The translations under genes were made by a program, and so were the position numbers. From contig OZ024747.1 of assembly GCA_964016885.1 (NCBI GenBank), positions 9,610,001 to 9,674,000 of the forward strand: a stretch of DNA of 64,000 nt, written 5' to 3'. This stretch comes from Eledone cirrhosa. Lineage: Eukaryota. The notes below the pieces were generated by a model. That model was not told where the DNA came from, searched no databases, and saw nothing but the letters and a program-made list of their open reading frames with translations. How positions within the stretch are numbered: position 1 is the first letter of the stretch; each line of letters opens with the position of its first letter. Below are positions 38,335-50,935 of the stretch, in pieces.

Positions 38335-38540
38335 GTGAAGGTGTGTGGCTGAGTGGTTAGAGAATTGGATTCACAATCTTGAGGTTGTGAGTTTGATTCC
38401 TGGACCGGGCGATGCGTTATGTCCTTGAGCAAGACACTTTATTTCATGTTTCTCCTTCTACCTGGAGTTGCGACCGATAGATAGTATTAGCAACTGGAAA
38501 GACCGATGGAAACATTGTTTCCTCGGTCTGATTTGACGAA
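38335..38540 (+). mobile_element. tRNA/CORE SINE (tail type B)
   Basis: Paralogue of 9338-9531. Confidence 0.82.
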
Positions 38541-39730
38541 AGTCGATTGATCCTTTTTTTTAATATCCATGTTTTTTACACATTGTCCAGTGAATTTACA
38601 TACAGACATTTTATGCTAATATTTTGCACATGCTCACTACGGATGTGACATCTTCCCTATAAGTTCCACACCAAAATGATATATACCTTTAGTTACTGAC
38701 TTATTGCTCCGTAAAGGCCAGCAGTGTTTCAGTCTTTTTTTTAGATCCCTGGGGGGGAGTCAATCTCTAGATCTTTCACTCTTTAACTCAGGTGTTTATG
38801 GTTCAAATTGGTCATGTGATGTATCTCCCAGACAGGTGAGATACACCTCTACTGCACCACCAGGTGAGATACACCTCTATGTATCTGAAAGGTGAGATAC
38901 ATTTCTGTGCACCTGACAGGTGACATATACCTCTATGTAGCTGACAGGTGTGTGTAGCATTGTTAATTAAAACTATCAGGTTGTCTACTGTGTTGTTTCT
39001 TAAGAGTTGATCATTCAGGTAAGGATTCTTTCTTCTCACAACACAGGTGTAAATTTAATCAATTAAACTTTTGGCTCATTATGTTTTGTCGGTATTAAAC
39101 TAATCATTTGATTTTCATACAGAGAGTATGACCTTGAGTATTCTCCCCAAATTATATATACACACATCCACATATATATGTATACTCCCAAGTATATATA
39201 TATATATATACATATATATACATATATATATTACAAAGGTGGTGCCCCAACATGGCCTTGGCTGGATGGCTGGAACAGATAAAAGCGTATATATATATAT
39301 ATATATAAGGCTCACACATACACATATATACAAGTTCTAGATAGCTCCACACACATACACATATATACAGGTCCTAGATAGCTCCACACACATACACATA
39401 TATACAGGTCCTACATAGCTCCATACACATATATACAGGTCCCAGATAGCTCACACACACAACTGTTGTGGTAAGTTTAGTTAAGTCTGTTTAATACAAG
39501 TGTGTTGAGAATGTTTTATCAGAAAGATAAAGCTGGTGTTGAATATCCTCTTCCTTCCAGATCTAACTAAACACCTTGATAGCCTGAATATAGCATTGTA
39601 TTACATCATCTGAAAATATGGTCACACACACACACATATATATATATATACACAAACATATACACATATATATATATATATATACATATACGATATTAAC
39701 AAATAGAAACTATATTTATAAAACCATATA

Positions 39731-39795
39731 TATTTCATTATACATATTTCAAGGACACCAAGTTAAATTATGGTGTGCTTTCATCAGATAAAATA
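39731..39795 (-). ncRNA. Minimal type I hammerhead ribozyme-like motif
   Basis: Minus strand TATTTTAT-CTGATGA-AAGCACACCA/TGGTGTCCTT-GAAA-TATGTA-TA-ATGAAATA. The conserved G10.1-C11.1 pair is replaced by A-U. Confidence 0.68.
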
Positions 39796-39946
39796 TAATA
39801 TAGAGCAGTTTTATAAATAAATATTGACATACCCTTAAAGAATGCAACCATTGCTGTTGGAAGCTCCCGGATAGTGGGGTTATAACTTTAATTATATTAT
39901 TAGGTAAGTTAGTATTGGATATTTTAAAATAAGCCGTTGGGTTATG

Positions 39947-39977
<31 letters not shown>

Positions 39978-40105
39978 CAGGATAACAGAGAGAAAAAAAA
40001 TAGAGAGAGGAGACAGAGAAAAGAGAGCGAGCGAAAACTCTAAGTCATATCTTGTTGAGTTATCGTAACATTTGAGATGAAATGAATAAATAAAATAAAA
40101 TAAAT

Positions 40106-40137
<32 letters not shown>

Positions 40138-40139
40138 AC

Positions 40140-40331
40140 GAAGGAAATGTGGTAAGGAACCAGGTGGACCATAACGCACCAAAGTACTCAATACTTGAGG
40201 TAGTAGAGTGGGTAATAGGAACCAGTAAGACCCCGACAGCTGAGCTCAAGCCGTTTCGACGGCTAATTCTGGACTAGAATTAGCCGTCGAAACGGCTTGA
40301 GCTCAGCTGTCGGGGTCTTACTGGTTCCTAT
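40140..40331 (-). mobile_element. Penelope-like fold-back element with a perfect 56-bp-arm hairpin (40215-40331)
   Basis: Arms are exact reverse complements around the loop GGACT. Each carries GAAA-CGGC..GCTG-TC (hammerhead 3' half). Tail motif shared with 17108-17160. Confidence 0.72.
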
Positions 40332-40380
40332 ATATATATATATATATACACATATATATATGTATATACTCACACATATA

Positions 40381-40457
40381 CAGAGTGTCCCAAAAATATC
40401 TATACACACTTCAACAGCATTCTAAACAGTGTGTATACATTTTTTGGGCGTACTCTG
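40381..40457. mobile_element. Tc1/mariner-type tiny MITE
   Basis: TA|CAGAGTGTCCCAAAAA...TTTTTGGGCGTACTCTG|TA. Relatives at 51841-51940, ~51420-51462 and ~63743-63802. Confidence 0.7.
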
Positions 40458-40616
40458 TATATCTCTCTCTATCTCTCTCTATACACACACACATATATAT
40501 TATACACACACACGTGCACACACATATATATATATATACAGATACATATATACGTACATACACATATGTGTATATATACACATATATATACACACACACA
40601 CACTCACACATATATT

Positions 40617-40655
<39 letters not shown>

Positions 40656-40720
40656 GAAAGACGTAAAATAAGAAAATTTTAAAAATTAAAAAGCAACTTA
40701 CTTACTAAAATTTTCACTCC

Positions 40721-40798
<78 letters not shown>

Positions 40799-40991
40799 AA
40801 TGTATTAATGGAAAAATTATACTTCTTTCATAAAAAAAACATTTATCCTTTTACAATCTTTTCCAATGATATCTAACGAGATATGACCTCTAATTATTTG
40901 AAGTTTTAGTAAAATTAATTTCTTATAATCACGTCAATCTGTTTTAATTCTCTTCTTTCCTTTGAGAATTGCTGATATAGTTCTACCTTTG

Positions 40992-41060
<69 letters not shown>

Positions 41061-41079
41061 TATATATATGTATATATAA

Positions 41080-41268
41080 ACCTCCATGCTTACTGAGATT
41101 CACCAACACTACACCTAATATTCCCCCTCCATACATACACACACATGTATATCATGACTCATACACTGTTCACTTCCCTGACATTTGTATATTATTCTAT
41201 GTACTATACATGTACCTTTGATGAGTTGTAGTGCACCTGAGCACTGTACAAAATAATTTCATTATTAT
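41080..41268 (+). mobile_element. CR1 LINE 3'UTR fragment
   Basis: Family 3'UTR. Confidence 0.82.
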
Positions 41269-41394
41269 ATATATACTTGATAAACCAGTGTTTCCTTTTC
41301 TACTAGTGTGTTGGGACAGCTGTGTATATTGTATCTCTTCAGTTGTGTATATCCTACCCCTGTACTCTCCTGCCCACCTTTATATTACAATCTA

Positions 41395-41960
41395 CACACA
41401 CACACACACTGACATGCTCTCACACACACACACAGGCATGCACACACACACACACACACATGCTCACACATAGACATGCTCTCACACACACGCACACACA
41501 CACACACATGCTCACACACTCACACACACAGACATGCTCACACACACACACACTGACGTGCTCACACACACACACACACACAGAGACATGCTCACACGCA
41601 CACACACACAGGCATGCTCACACACACAGGCACACACACACACACACATGCATGCTCACACACATACGCACAGATATGCTCACACACAGACATACATGCT
41701 CACACACACACACATACACTGACGTGCTCACACACACACACAGACATGCTCACACACACACACACATACATGCTCACACACACATACACACTGACGTGCT
41801 CACACACTCACGCACATGCCCTCACACACTTACACACATGCTCACACATACACTGACGTGCTCACACACTCACACACATGCCCTCACACACTTACACACA
41901 TGCTCACACACACACTGACGTGCTCACACACTCACACATGCCCTCACACACTTACACACA
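41395..41960. repeat. (CA)n with ATGCT/TGACGTGCT spacers
   Basis: Direct reading. Confidence 0.9.
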
Positions 41961-42123
41961 GATAAACCTCGTTCCTTGATAACAGCTTTTCATACAACAA
42001 TCTCTCCCAATATAATATAGACACACCTGATACCTTATGCTGAACACCCACCCTTCCCACACTTCCACACCTGCATTTTCAATATGGCTGACAACATATT
42101 CTCTTTCCTAATTAGATTGGCCC

Positions 42124-42330
42124 CTTCTTCTTCTTCTTCTTCTTCTTCTTCTTCTTCTTCTTCTTCTTCTTCTTTACCTCCTCCTTCTTCTTCTTCTTTG
42201 CCTTCTTCTTCTTCTTTACCTCCTCCTTCTTCTTCTTCTTCTTCTTCTCTCCACACTTATTCTAGGGAGGGTTGAGGGGTCACAGTCCTCAAGTATTCCT
42301 ATCAGAAGCAACTGTCTCCAATTGATCCAT
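42124..42330 (-). mobile_element. 3' end of a Rex3/Expander-like RTE with expanded (GAA)n tail
   Basis: Reverse complement GATCAATTGGAGACAGTTGCTTCTGA..TGAGGACTGTGACCCC matches 48256-48345. A shorter relative lies at ~61030-61085. Confidence 0.65.
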
Positions 42331-42452
42331 ATTATCAAATATTCAACCTAACATTTAATGATCTGGTGCTGCTGCAATTGTTTGTCAGAAAGTGCCAAAT
42401 TCAGTTGGCAGTAAACCTTTAGGGAAATATTATATATAGCGACATTTTGAAC

Positions 42453-43185
42453 AGGTAAGGTTAATCCTGACTCCACCTGATCTAGGTAAAGATGATCCTG
42501 TCTCCACCTGATCCAGGTAAAGTTGATCCTGTCTCCACCTGATCCAGGTAAAGTTGATCCTGTCTCCACCTGATCTAGGTAAAGTTGACCCTGTCTCCAC
42601 CTGATCTAGGTAAAGTTGACCCTGTCTCCACCTGATCTAGGTAAAGTTGATCCTGTCTCCACCTGATCTAGGTAAAGTTGATCCTGTCTCCGCCTGATCT
42701 AGGTAAAGTTGATCCTGTCTCCGCCTGATCTAGGTAAATTTGACCCTGTCTCCACCTGATCTAGGTAAAGTTGACCCTGTCTCCACCTGATCTAGGTAAA
42801 GTTGATCCTGTCTCCACCTGATCTAGGTAAAGTTGATCCTGTCTCCGCCTGATCTAGGTAAATTTGACCCTGTCTCCACCTGATCTAAGTAAAGTTGATC
42901 CTGTCTCCACCTGATCTAGGTGACACAGCTATGGTTGATCCTGTCTCCACCTGATCTAAGTAAAGTTGATCCTGTCTCCACCTGATCTAGGTAAAGTTGA
43001 TACTGTCTCCACCTGATCTAGGTAAAGTTGATCCTGTCTCCACCTGATCTAGGTAAAATTGATCCTGTCTCCACCTGATCTAGGTAAAGTTGATCCTGTC
43101 TCCACCTGATCTAGGTGACACAGCTATGGTTGATCCTGTCTCCACCTGATCTAGGTGACACAACTATGGTTGATCCTGTGTCCAC
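42453..43185. repeat. 31-bp minisatellite AGGTAAAGTTGATCCTGTCTCCACCTGATCT (>20 units)
   Basis: Direct reading. Confidence 0.95.
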
Positions 43186-44535
43186 ATAGTATTCTAATGG
43201 CCCCACTGGTCACCTTGTATTAGCCAGTGTCACCTTCTCTACTGCTTCTATGTGGTTCTTTATGCCACTTCTTCTACTCACTCTCATAATATTCCATATG
43301 CCCTTCTAGAGGAATGAACTGTGAAACTTTGACTTTCCACCTCCACTGTCATGTACCTGGTCCTCCATCTTGTGGTGGACCACCACCACCATCAAATATT
43401 TAAGTAAAAGTCAATATAAATCTCTCCAACACAAATCTAATTTTTTTGATTTTTTTTTTCTTACTATTTTCAAATTTTACTTCTAGCAACAATTTTTTTT
43501 TTAAAATCAAATATTTAACTTAAAATTCCGTCCACCCCACACCACCCACCCCACCAAAACAGTAAAATTCATAGATGATATTTATCATTTATAAAAACTC
43601 CCTCATATATTTTGGTGAAATATTTTAAGTCTTGAAAAAATAGAGAAAAAATAGATTAAAAAAAAAATTACAGTGACTCTAGAGAAATACTTCCTATTTT
43701 TTATTGTGTGTGTATGTGTGCGTGTGTGTGTGTGTGTGTATGTGTGTGTGTGTGTATTATTCACATTTTTAAAGAACCTTTTATTTCAAGTTTAGTTTGT
43801 TGATATGAGTCAAATCTGTAGAATGGTGAATGGTACTCCACCCAAAACTGTTCAGTTTGGTATGCCCTGTTAATGGCACTGCTGCTATCTCTGTAACTTA
43901 GCAACCTCTTACAGAATATATAAACTATACCACACTCCAAACACCATATATGGGGGGGGGGGAGAAAAATTCACAAAATGTTCCACCTTTGGTAACCTAC
44001 TCCTCACTTTAAAACTTTCAAGTTTTAACCTAAGAGAGTTAATGTCACCCGTCCACCCCTTCACCTCCACCCAACCTCCATTTATTCCAGGGAAGGTATA
44101 GAAAGTGATAAATAGGAAGTGAGAAAAAGATATAGAGGAAGATTCAACCCCATTACTTGAGTGGTACATTTTTATCAACCTTAAATGGCTGAAAGTCAAA
44201 GTTGACCTCAGCATGATTTGAACTGAGAGAGAGGAAAGTCAAAACAAATATCACAAACATTCTATCTGATGTTCTAATCACTCTGTACTGACTCTTTATC
44301 ATAAAATAAACAGTTTAACTCATTATCAATTATTAGATTAAATTAGACAAAAAGTTTTGAAATATTTTGTCATTAGAAGGTTTCCATTTGGTGTTCATAG
44401 GTCTCTAAAAAGGAATTCAACAGTAGGCATCCATCACACATTGGGATTTGTTTGTTTCCTAATTCTTTATTTTTCTAGTTAAGATTTTTCTTTTTGAATG
44501 CTTACAGCATTGACTCTCCACTAAAACACTGCCAG

Positions 44536-44786
44536 GCCAGGTGGTTCTGTTACACTGGACATCAGATTAAGTCCACTGCCAGGTGGTTCTGTTACATTGG
44601 ACATCAGATTAAGTCCACTGCCAGGTGGTTCTGTTACACTGGACATCAGATTAAGTCCACTGCCAGGTGGTTCTGTTACACTGGACATCAGATTAAGTCC
44701 ACTGCCAGGTGGTTCTGTTACACTGGACATCAGATTAAGTCCACTGCCAGGTGGTTCTGTTACACTGGACATCAGATTAAGTCCAA
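44536..44786. repeat. 42-bp minisatellite, 6 copies
   Basis: Unit GCCAGGTGGTTCTGTTACACTGGACATCAGATTAAGTCCACT. Confidence 0.95.
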
Positions 44787-44905
44787 GGTCCAAGTGATTC
44801 CCAGTGGGAATTTACTTTATGTAAAGATCTGGAAGCAACAGTAAAAGTCATCTAATCCAATGTTCTAACAATTCATCAACTTACTGCCCTCAGTTGCTAC
44901 TTTAA

Positions 44906-45126
44906 CCCTTTAGCATTTAAACCGGCCATATCTGGCCAGAATTCTCTCACCTCTTTCTGTTTAAACTAGCTATAACTGGCTATTCATACTGATGTTAAAG
45001 TATTGTTCTCAAAATAAATTATATTAAAATCTTGTAGATTCGATATTATGTGTGATAATTATGTGAGATGAAATGTTTACTGTGAAAATACAATTGTAAA
45101 TATAGAGTAATATAAATGCTAAAGGG
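44906..45126. mobile_element. piggyBac-type MITE (inverted relative of 12528-12729)
   Basis: TTAA|CCCTTTAGCATTTA ... TAAATGCTAAAGGG|TTAT. Confidence 0.85.
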
Positions 45127-45453
45127 TTATTGTATCTGCCCAAAAGCTGCTGCCTCCTTAAAACGATGAAAGGCAAAGTTGACTGTAGTGGGATTTGAAC
45201 TTAGTATGCAGAGTTGAAACAAATACTCCAAGGTATTTTGTCCTTTGCTCTAATAACTCTGTCAATTCCCTGCTTCAGAATGGCTCTTACCAAATAAACT
45301 TGGTACCAGTATTGCTATCAGAATCTTCCAAACATAGAAATCTCATTAAAAAATGTGGAACAGGTGTGGAATGGTGTGTTGTCAAATATGTAATGAACAG
45401 GTGTATTGTCAAAATTGGAGCTGTTGATGTTGATCTACAAATATTGATGAATT

Positions 45454-45700
45454 TGGTGAATTGGTAGAGTCCATTACAACATAGGGCATAATGTGGTGAA
45501 CTGGGAGAGTCCATTACAGCATAAGACATGGTGTAGTGAACTGGGAGAGTCCATTACAGCATAGGGCATAATGTGGTGAACTGGGAGGGTCCATTACAGC
45601 ATAAGACATGGTGTGAACTGGGAGAGTCCATTACAACATAGGGCATAACGTGGTGAATTGAGAGAGTCCATTACAACATAAGACATCATGTGGTGAATTG
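45454..45700. repeat. ~37-42 bp minisatellite with alternating A/B units
   Basis: GTGAACTGGGAGAGTCCATTACAGCATA is followed alternately by GGGCATAA and AGACAT. Confidence 0.85.
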
Positions 45701-46269
45701 GTAGACATGTTTTAATAGATATTATAATGCATTTGGAAATAGATTAAAAAAATATCTTCCTCTCACTCTCTCCCTTTTTCTCTCTCTTTTTCTCTCTCTT
45801 TCTCTCTCTCTGTTTTTCTGTTTTTCTTTCTCTGTCCACGAGTATGTGTGAGTGTATGTATGTATGCATATATGTGTGTGTATGTATGTGTACTATATAT
45901 ATGTGTGTGTAGGTGGGTGTCTCTAACATAAATACATGTATTTCCTATTACTGCCTTAACCCCAGTTGTCATCTTACCAAAGTTTCTGATGAACACAACC
46001 TTGACACAAATCTCTGTTGTTTTCCTTACATCATTGTCTGCTTTACAAATCTAGTTTATTATAAAGATGGTTGGGTAGTTGACCCTGCCTATAACCCTCT
46101 GCCTCATCAGCACAGCTACTTCTTTTCCCATGAACAAAGTTGAACTCAGCGTGTCAACTAATGAATTCCTTGTTAGTTTTACAATATTACCACCACTTAC
46201 AGTGAGAAATCAACTTCTATATTCTGCCTACTTAAATCTTTTAAAACTAAATTGCCTGAAACCGATTCT

Positions 46270-46830
46270 AGTTCTATGATACAAAACTACATTTTAAAGT
46301 GTCTATATTTATCTAAAAAACCTTCCATCACAATTTTATGTAATAACATTTGTTAAGTTATGTTCCAAACACCTCTGGTTCAATGACATAAAACTGTTTA
46401 TTTTTAAGTGTAATATTTATCTAAAAGTCTTCCATCACAATTTTATGTAATAACCTGTGTTAAGTTATGTTCCAAACACCCCTGGTTCTATGATATAAAG
46501 TTGTATATTTCGAATTATATTTATCTAAAATCCTTCCATCATAATTGTTTCTACTTTTGGCACAAGGCCAGCAATTACCCAGTGCATTACTGGTACTTTA
46601 TTTTATCGATCCCGTAAGGATGAAGGGCAAAGTTAACCTTGGCGGGATTTGAACTCAGACCATAAAGGGACGTAACTATGCTGAAAGCATGGCGTCCGAC
46701 CCTCCACTGATACTGCCAATCCCCCGCCCTAAAAACCTTCCATCATAATTGTTTTTCCATCATAATGTTAAGTTAAGGTCCAAACACCCTTAGTTCTATG
46801 ATACAAAACTGTACATTTTAAAGTGTCTAC
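46270..46830. repeat. ~107-bp tandem repeat of MITE-like sequence, split by a Meta-domain-like SINE (46541-46730, minus)
   Basis: GTTCTATGATACAAAAC..ATTTATCTAAAA.CCTTCCATCA..GTTCCAAACACC repeats. AAAA.CCTTCCATCATAAT is duplicated on both sides of the SINE. Confidence 0.75.
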
Positions 46831-47029
46831 ATGGGAGACATTTGATATCAAGACATTTCTCTCCTGTCTGTCCTACATGTGAGATATTTATGATAGTCTG
46901 TCCTACATGAGATATTTTTGGTAATTTTCAGGAAATCTTGATTATGAAATTAATGGAATATCAGAAACTGCTCAGGGAAAATTGATTCATTAACATTTGG
47001 AAGGCTTCATATCCTGGCTTGGAGATTGA

Positions 47030-47125
47030 TAGTTATAGTGGTTGTGGTGGTGGTGGTGGTAGTGGTGATAGAGGTTGTGGTGGTATTAGCAGTAGTAGTG
47101 ATGGTGGTAGTACTAGTGGTGGTGA

Positions 47126-47164
<39 letters not shown>

Positions 47165-47640
47165 CAGTAGTAGTGATGGTGGTAGTACTAGTGGTGGTGG
47201 TAGTAGTAGCAGTAGTAGTGATGGTGGTAGTACTAGTGGTGGTGGTGATGGTAATAGTAGCAGTAGTAGTGATAGTGGTTGTGATGGGGGTAGTGGTAAT
47301 GGTGGTAGTACTAGAGGTAGTAGTAGTGGTGGTGGTGGTGGTGGTAGTGGTAGTGGTGATAGTGGTTGTGGTGATTGTGGTGGTGGTAGTAGTAGTGATG
47401 GTGGTAGTAGTAGTGGTGGTGGTGGTAGTAGTAGCAGTAGTAGTGATGGTGGTAGTGGTAATGGTGGTAGTACTAGAGGTAGCAGCAGTGGTGGTGGTAG
47501 TAACAGTAGTGGTGGTGGTGGTGGCGGTGGCGGTAGTAGTGGTGGTGGTACTAGTGGTAGTGGTGGTGGTGGTGGTAGTAGTAGCAGTAGTGGTGGTGGT
47601 GGTGGTGGCGGTAGTAGTGGTGGTGGTAGTAGTAGTAGTG

Positions 47641-47674
<34 letters not shown>

Positions 47675-47680
47675 TATCAG
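47030..47680. repeat. (GGT)/(AGT) trinucleotide low-complexity tract
   Basis: Direct reading. Confidence 0.92.
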
Positions 47681-47879
47681 TAGTCAGACTAAATGCCATA
47701 TGGTTCTTAATTGTGTAGTTAATTTGAAATCAAATCTCATCTGGGTTGATAAAAACCAAGATACCAGTCATATATTGGTGTTAATTCCCTGGAGCTGAGA
47801 CTACCTGAAAGATTTGTAATCTTGTGTCAATATTAGGGAAAGTTTTGAATGTTAGGACTGGTAGAGGGGGGGGGGTGTA

Positions 47880-48372
47880 AAAGCCAAACTCGTCTTCAAT
47901 CCGGTATTCATGCCAAACCTTACCTATGGTTATGAATCTTGGGTAATGACTGAAATAATATGATCATGAATACAAGTGGCCGAAATGGGGTTCCTTTAAA
48001 GGGTCTTTGGCGTAATGTTACTTGATAGAGTGCATAGCTTGGAGATCAGGGAGTCACTCCAGGTCGAGCCACTACTTCTCAGAATTGAGAGATCACAGCT
48101 CCGGTACTACAGGCATGTGGCTAGAATGTCTCAGGAAAGAATTGCTGGGCAGATTTTACGGCAAAACCAGCTGGTAGGAGACCCAGGGGTAGACCTCAAG
48201 CAAAACAGTTGGATCACATCCATGAGCTTGGCTGGTCTAGCTTGGGGATCCAGCCAGATCAGTTGGAGACAGTTGCTTCTGACAGGACCTGCTGGAAGGA
48301 GTGTTTGAGGACTCTGCCCCCATGACCCTTTCAGGAATAGGTGGGCTAAGAATAAGGATTGGTGGAAGAACA
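47880..48372 (+). mobile_element. RTE-clade LINE 3' fragment resembling fish Rex3/Expander
   Basis: PNLTYGYESWVMTE..S*IQVAEMGFL*RV..LLDRVHSLEIRESLQVEPLLLRIERSQLRY.RHVARM..(frameshift)PAGRRPRGRP..WSSLGIQP..LPP. Confidence 0.85.
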
Positions 48373-48832
48373 ATGATGAAATCCCTGATTATAAACTTCT
48401 TAAACTGATCCCTTTTTTCCTAGTTTTTCTTATTGTTATTATTCTTATTGTTATCTTATTGTTATTATTTTTCTTATTGTTATTATTTCAGTGCTGCCAT
48501 TGATAAGTGCTGATGTGTTAAGCTGTGTCACCCCCTCCCCCACAATCAGCCAGGCAGTCAGTTACAATGTGGCTATGGATTGTAATGAAAATACTACAGA
48601 GAAACACAATAATCATGTGATATCGTCTAAGGTAAGATAGCTTCTATATATCTTCATTTCATGTCCTCTCTCTCTCTCTCCCTCAATCCCACTCTCACTC
48701 TATCACTTCCTCCCAATCTCTCTGTCTCTCTCTCTCTATCTATCTATATCTATCTATCTATCTTGAAACTGGCTTTCTTAACCACGAACTGGATTACAAT
48801 AAGCAATTTTCTGCTTCCCTAACTATATATAT

Positions 48833-49090
48833 ATCATCATCATCATCTTCATTTAACGTCCCTCTTCCACGCTAGCATGGGTTAGACGGGAGTTGTCCCA
48901 CTTGAGGCAAGGTTGGTCGGGTGACTGTGTCTCGCTCATATAGGACTGTCTGGCAGGTTTTCTACGGCTGGATGCCCTTCCTAACACCAACCACATTTAC
49001 AGTGTGGAACTGGGAACCTTTTACCATGTTACCTACACGGCCACATTACAGCGTGGACTGTGTGTTTTTTGTCATGACACCTACACGACC
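48833..49090 (-). mobile_element. RTE/SINE 3' tail fragment
   Basis: Paralogue of 10818-11050. Confidence 0.8.
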
Positions 49091-49238
49091 TCATTTATCT
49101 CATTTATTTGGACTGGATGTTGTGGTACCAACTTTATAGAGAGAGGGTGGTGTTGGTGGGAATGGGGGGATAGGGTAGGGGTAGTGGATTGGGGTGTATA
49201 TTTGGTTAAGATGTGCCTACTGACTGTAGGTTTCGCTT

Positions 49239-49277
<39 letters not shown>

Positions 49278-49629
49278 TAATATATATATATATTTTCTCT
49301 CTCCGTCCCTCCCTTGCATTACAAATTATTTTAGTTTCAGGATGTTATGGGTTTGGTTACCTAACCACATGTTTGTTTACTCCCCCTACCACCACCAGAC
49401 ATGACAACTTCCTCACAGCTTCTTTAACCCTTCTCAACATACCTATCTACTTAGAGCTACAAGTAGGGTTGGACTTAGACCTTGGTGAGGGACCCCCATA
49501 CACAAAAAATTAGAATACACAGCAACCCTTCCCCCCCATTTTACATATCAAAGTTATCTTGGTGCAAGTAATTGAAACTGAGAAGTTATACAGGTGTTAA
49601 AGTAAAAACTACATTGCAACTAACTGTTT

Positions 49630-50040
49630 ATAATAATTATTTCTACTTTTTGCACAAGGCCAGCAATTATCCAGTGCATTACTGGTACTTTATTTTATCG
49701 ACCTCATAAAGATGAAAGACAAAGTTATCCTCGGTGGGATTTGAACTCAGACCGCAAAGGGCCGAAACTCTGGCTGCAAAGCATGGTGTCCAACCTTCTA
49801 CCGATACTGCCAATCCACCATAGTAATGGAAATTATTGTGTACAGTACTCAGGTGCACTACAACTCATCAAAGGTGCATGTAAAGTAAATAGAATAATGT
49901 ACAAATGTCAGGGAAGTTAACAGGGTATGAATTATGATATACACACAGATACACACACACACTTGCTTGTGTGTGTGTGTGGAGGGGGAATATCAGGTGT
50001 AGTGTTGGCAAGAATGTAAACATTTTGGGAAGCATGGAAT
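49630..50040 (-). mobile_element. Meta-domain-like SINE (49630-49820) abutting a CR1 3'UTR (49822-50040)
   Basis: Both match in-window family consensus. Confidence 0.82.
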
Positions 50041-50220
50041 ACAGTGTAGAGAAAAGGGACTGTTCAGTCGTTATCTGATGTGACAACACAGCTAACCCTT
50101 AGCTAGACTGTAAGATATACTAAACACCAAAGGTAAGGAGTAATCTCTGGTGTATGTCATAGGACGAGGGCTGTAATGACCTGACTTATGACATAGAAAC
50201 TGGATGTAAAGTTATGTAAA

Positions 50221-50413
50221 ATAATTGTTTCTACGTTAGGCACAAGGCCAGCAATTACCCAGTGCATTACTGGTACTTTATTTTATCAACCTCGTAAGGA
50301 TGAAAGGCAAAGTTAACCTCAGCGGTATTTGAACTCAGAATGGCAAGGGCCGTAACTCTGTGCGTCAAAGCATGGCGTCCGACCCTCTCCCAATACTGCC
50401 AATCCACCGCCCT
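50221..50413 (-). mobile_element. Meta-domain-like SINE, full length
   Basis: Family consensus, flanked by the repeated TTATGTAAAATAAT (probable target duplication). Confidence 0.9.
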
Positions 50414-50439
50414 TATGTAAAATAATGTAAAATAATGAT

Positions 50440-50935
50440 ACACACACACAAGTACACATGGCCACACACACAAACACACATGTGCACATAGACACATACA
50501 CACACATATACACACATGCACATAAACACACAATGTTCACACACACACACACATATGTGTATACAGACACATTCACATGTACATATATACACTCACACAT
50601 GTTCACACACACGTTCACTCACACACACACACACACGCGCGTGTATACAGACACATATTCACATGTACATATATACACTCACACATGTTCACACACACAC
50701 ACACACGTTCACTCACACACACACACACACACACGCGCGTGTATACAGACACATATTCACATGTACATATATACACACACGTGTTCACACACACATGTTC
50801 ACACACATGTTTACACACACACACACATGTTCACACACATACATGTGTTGACACACATACATGTTCACACACACACACACAGGTGCTCGCAGACATATGT
50901 ATACAAATACACGAGTTCACACAACACACACACAT
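50440..50935. repeat. (CA)n compound repeat with ATGTT spacers
   Basis: Direct reading. Confidence 0.9.
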
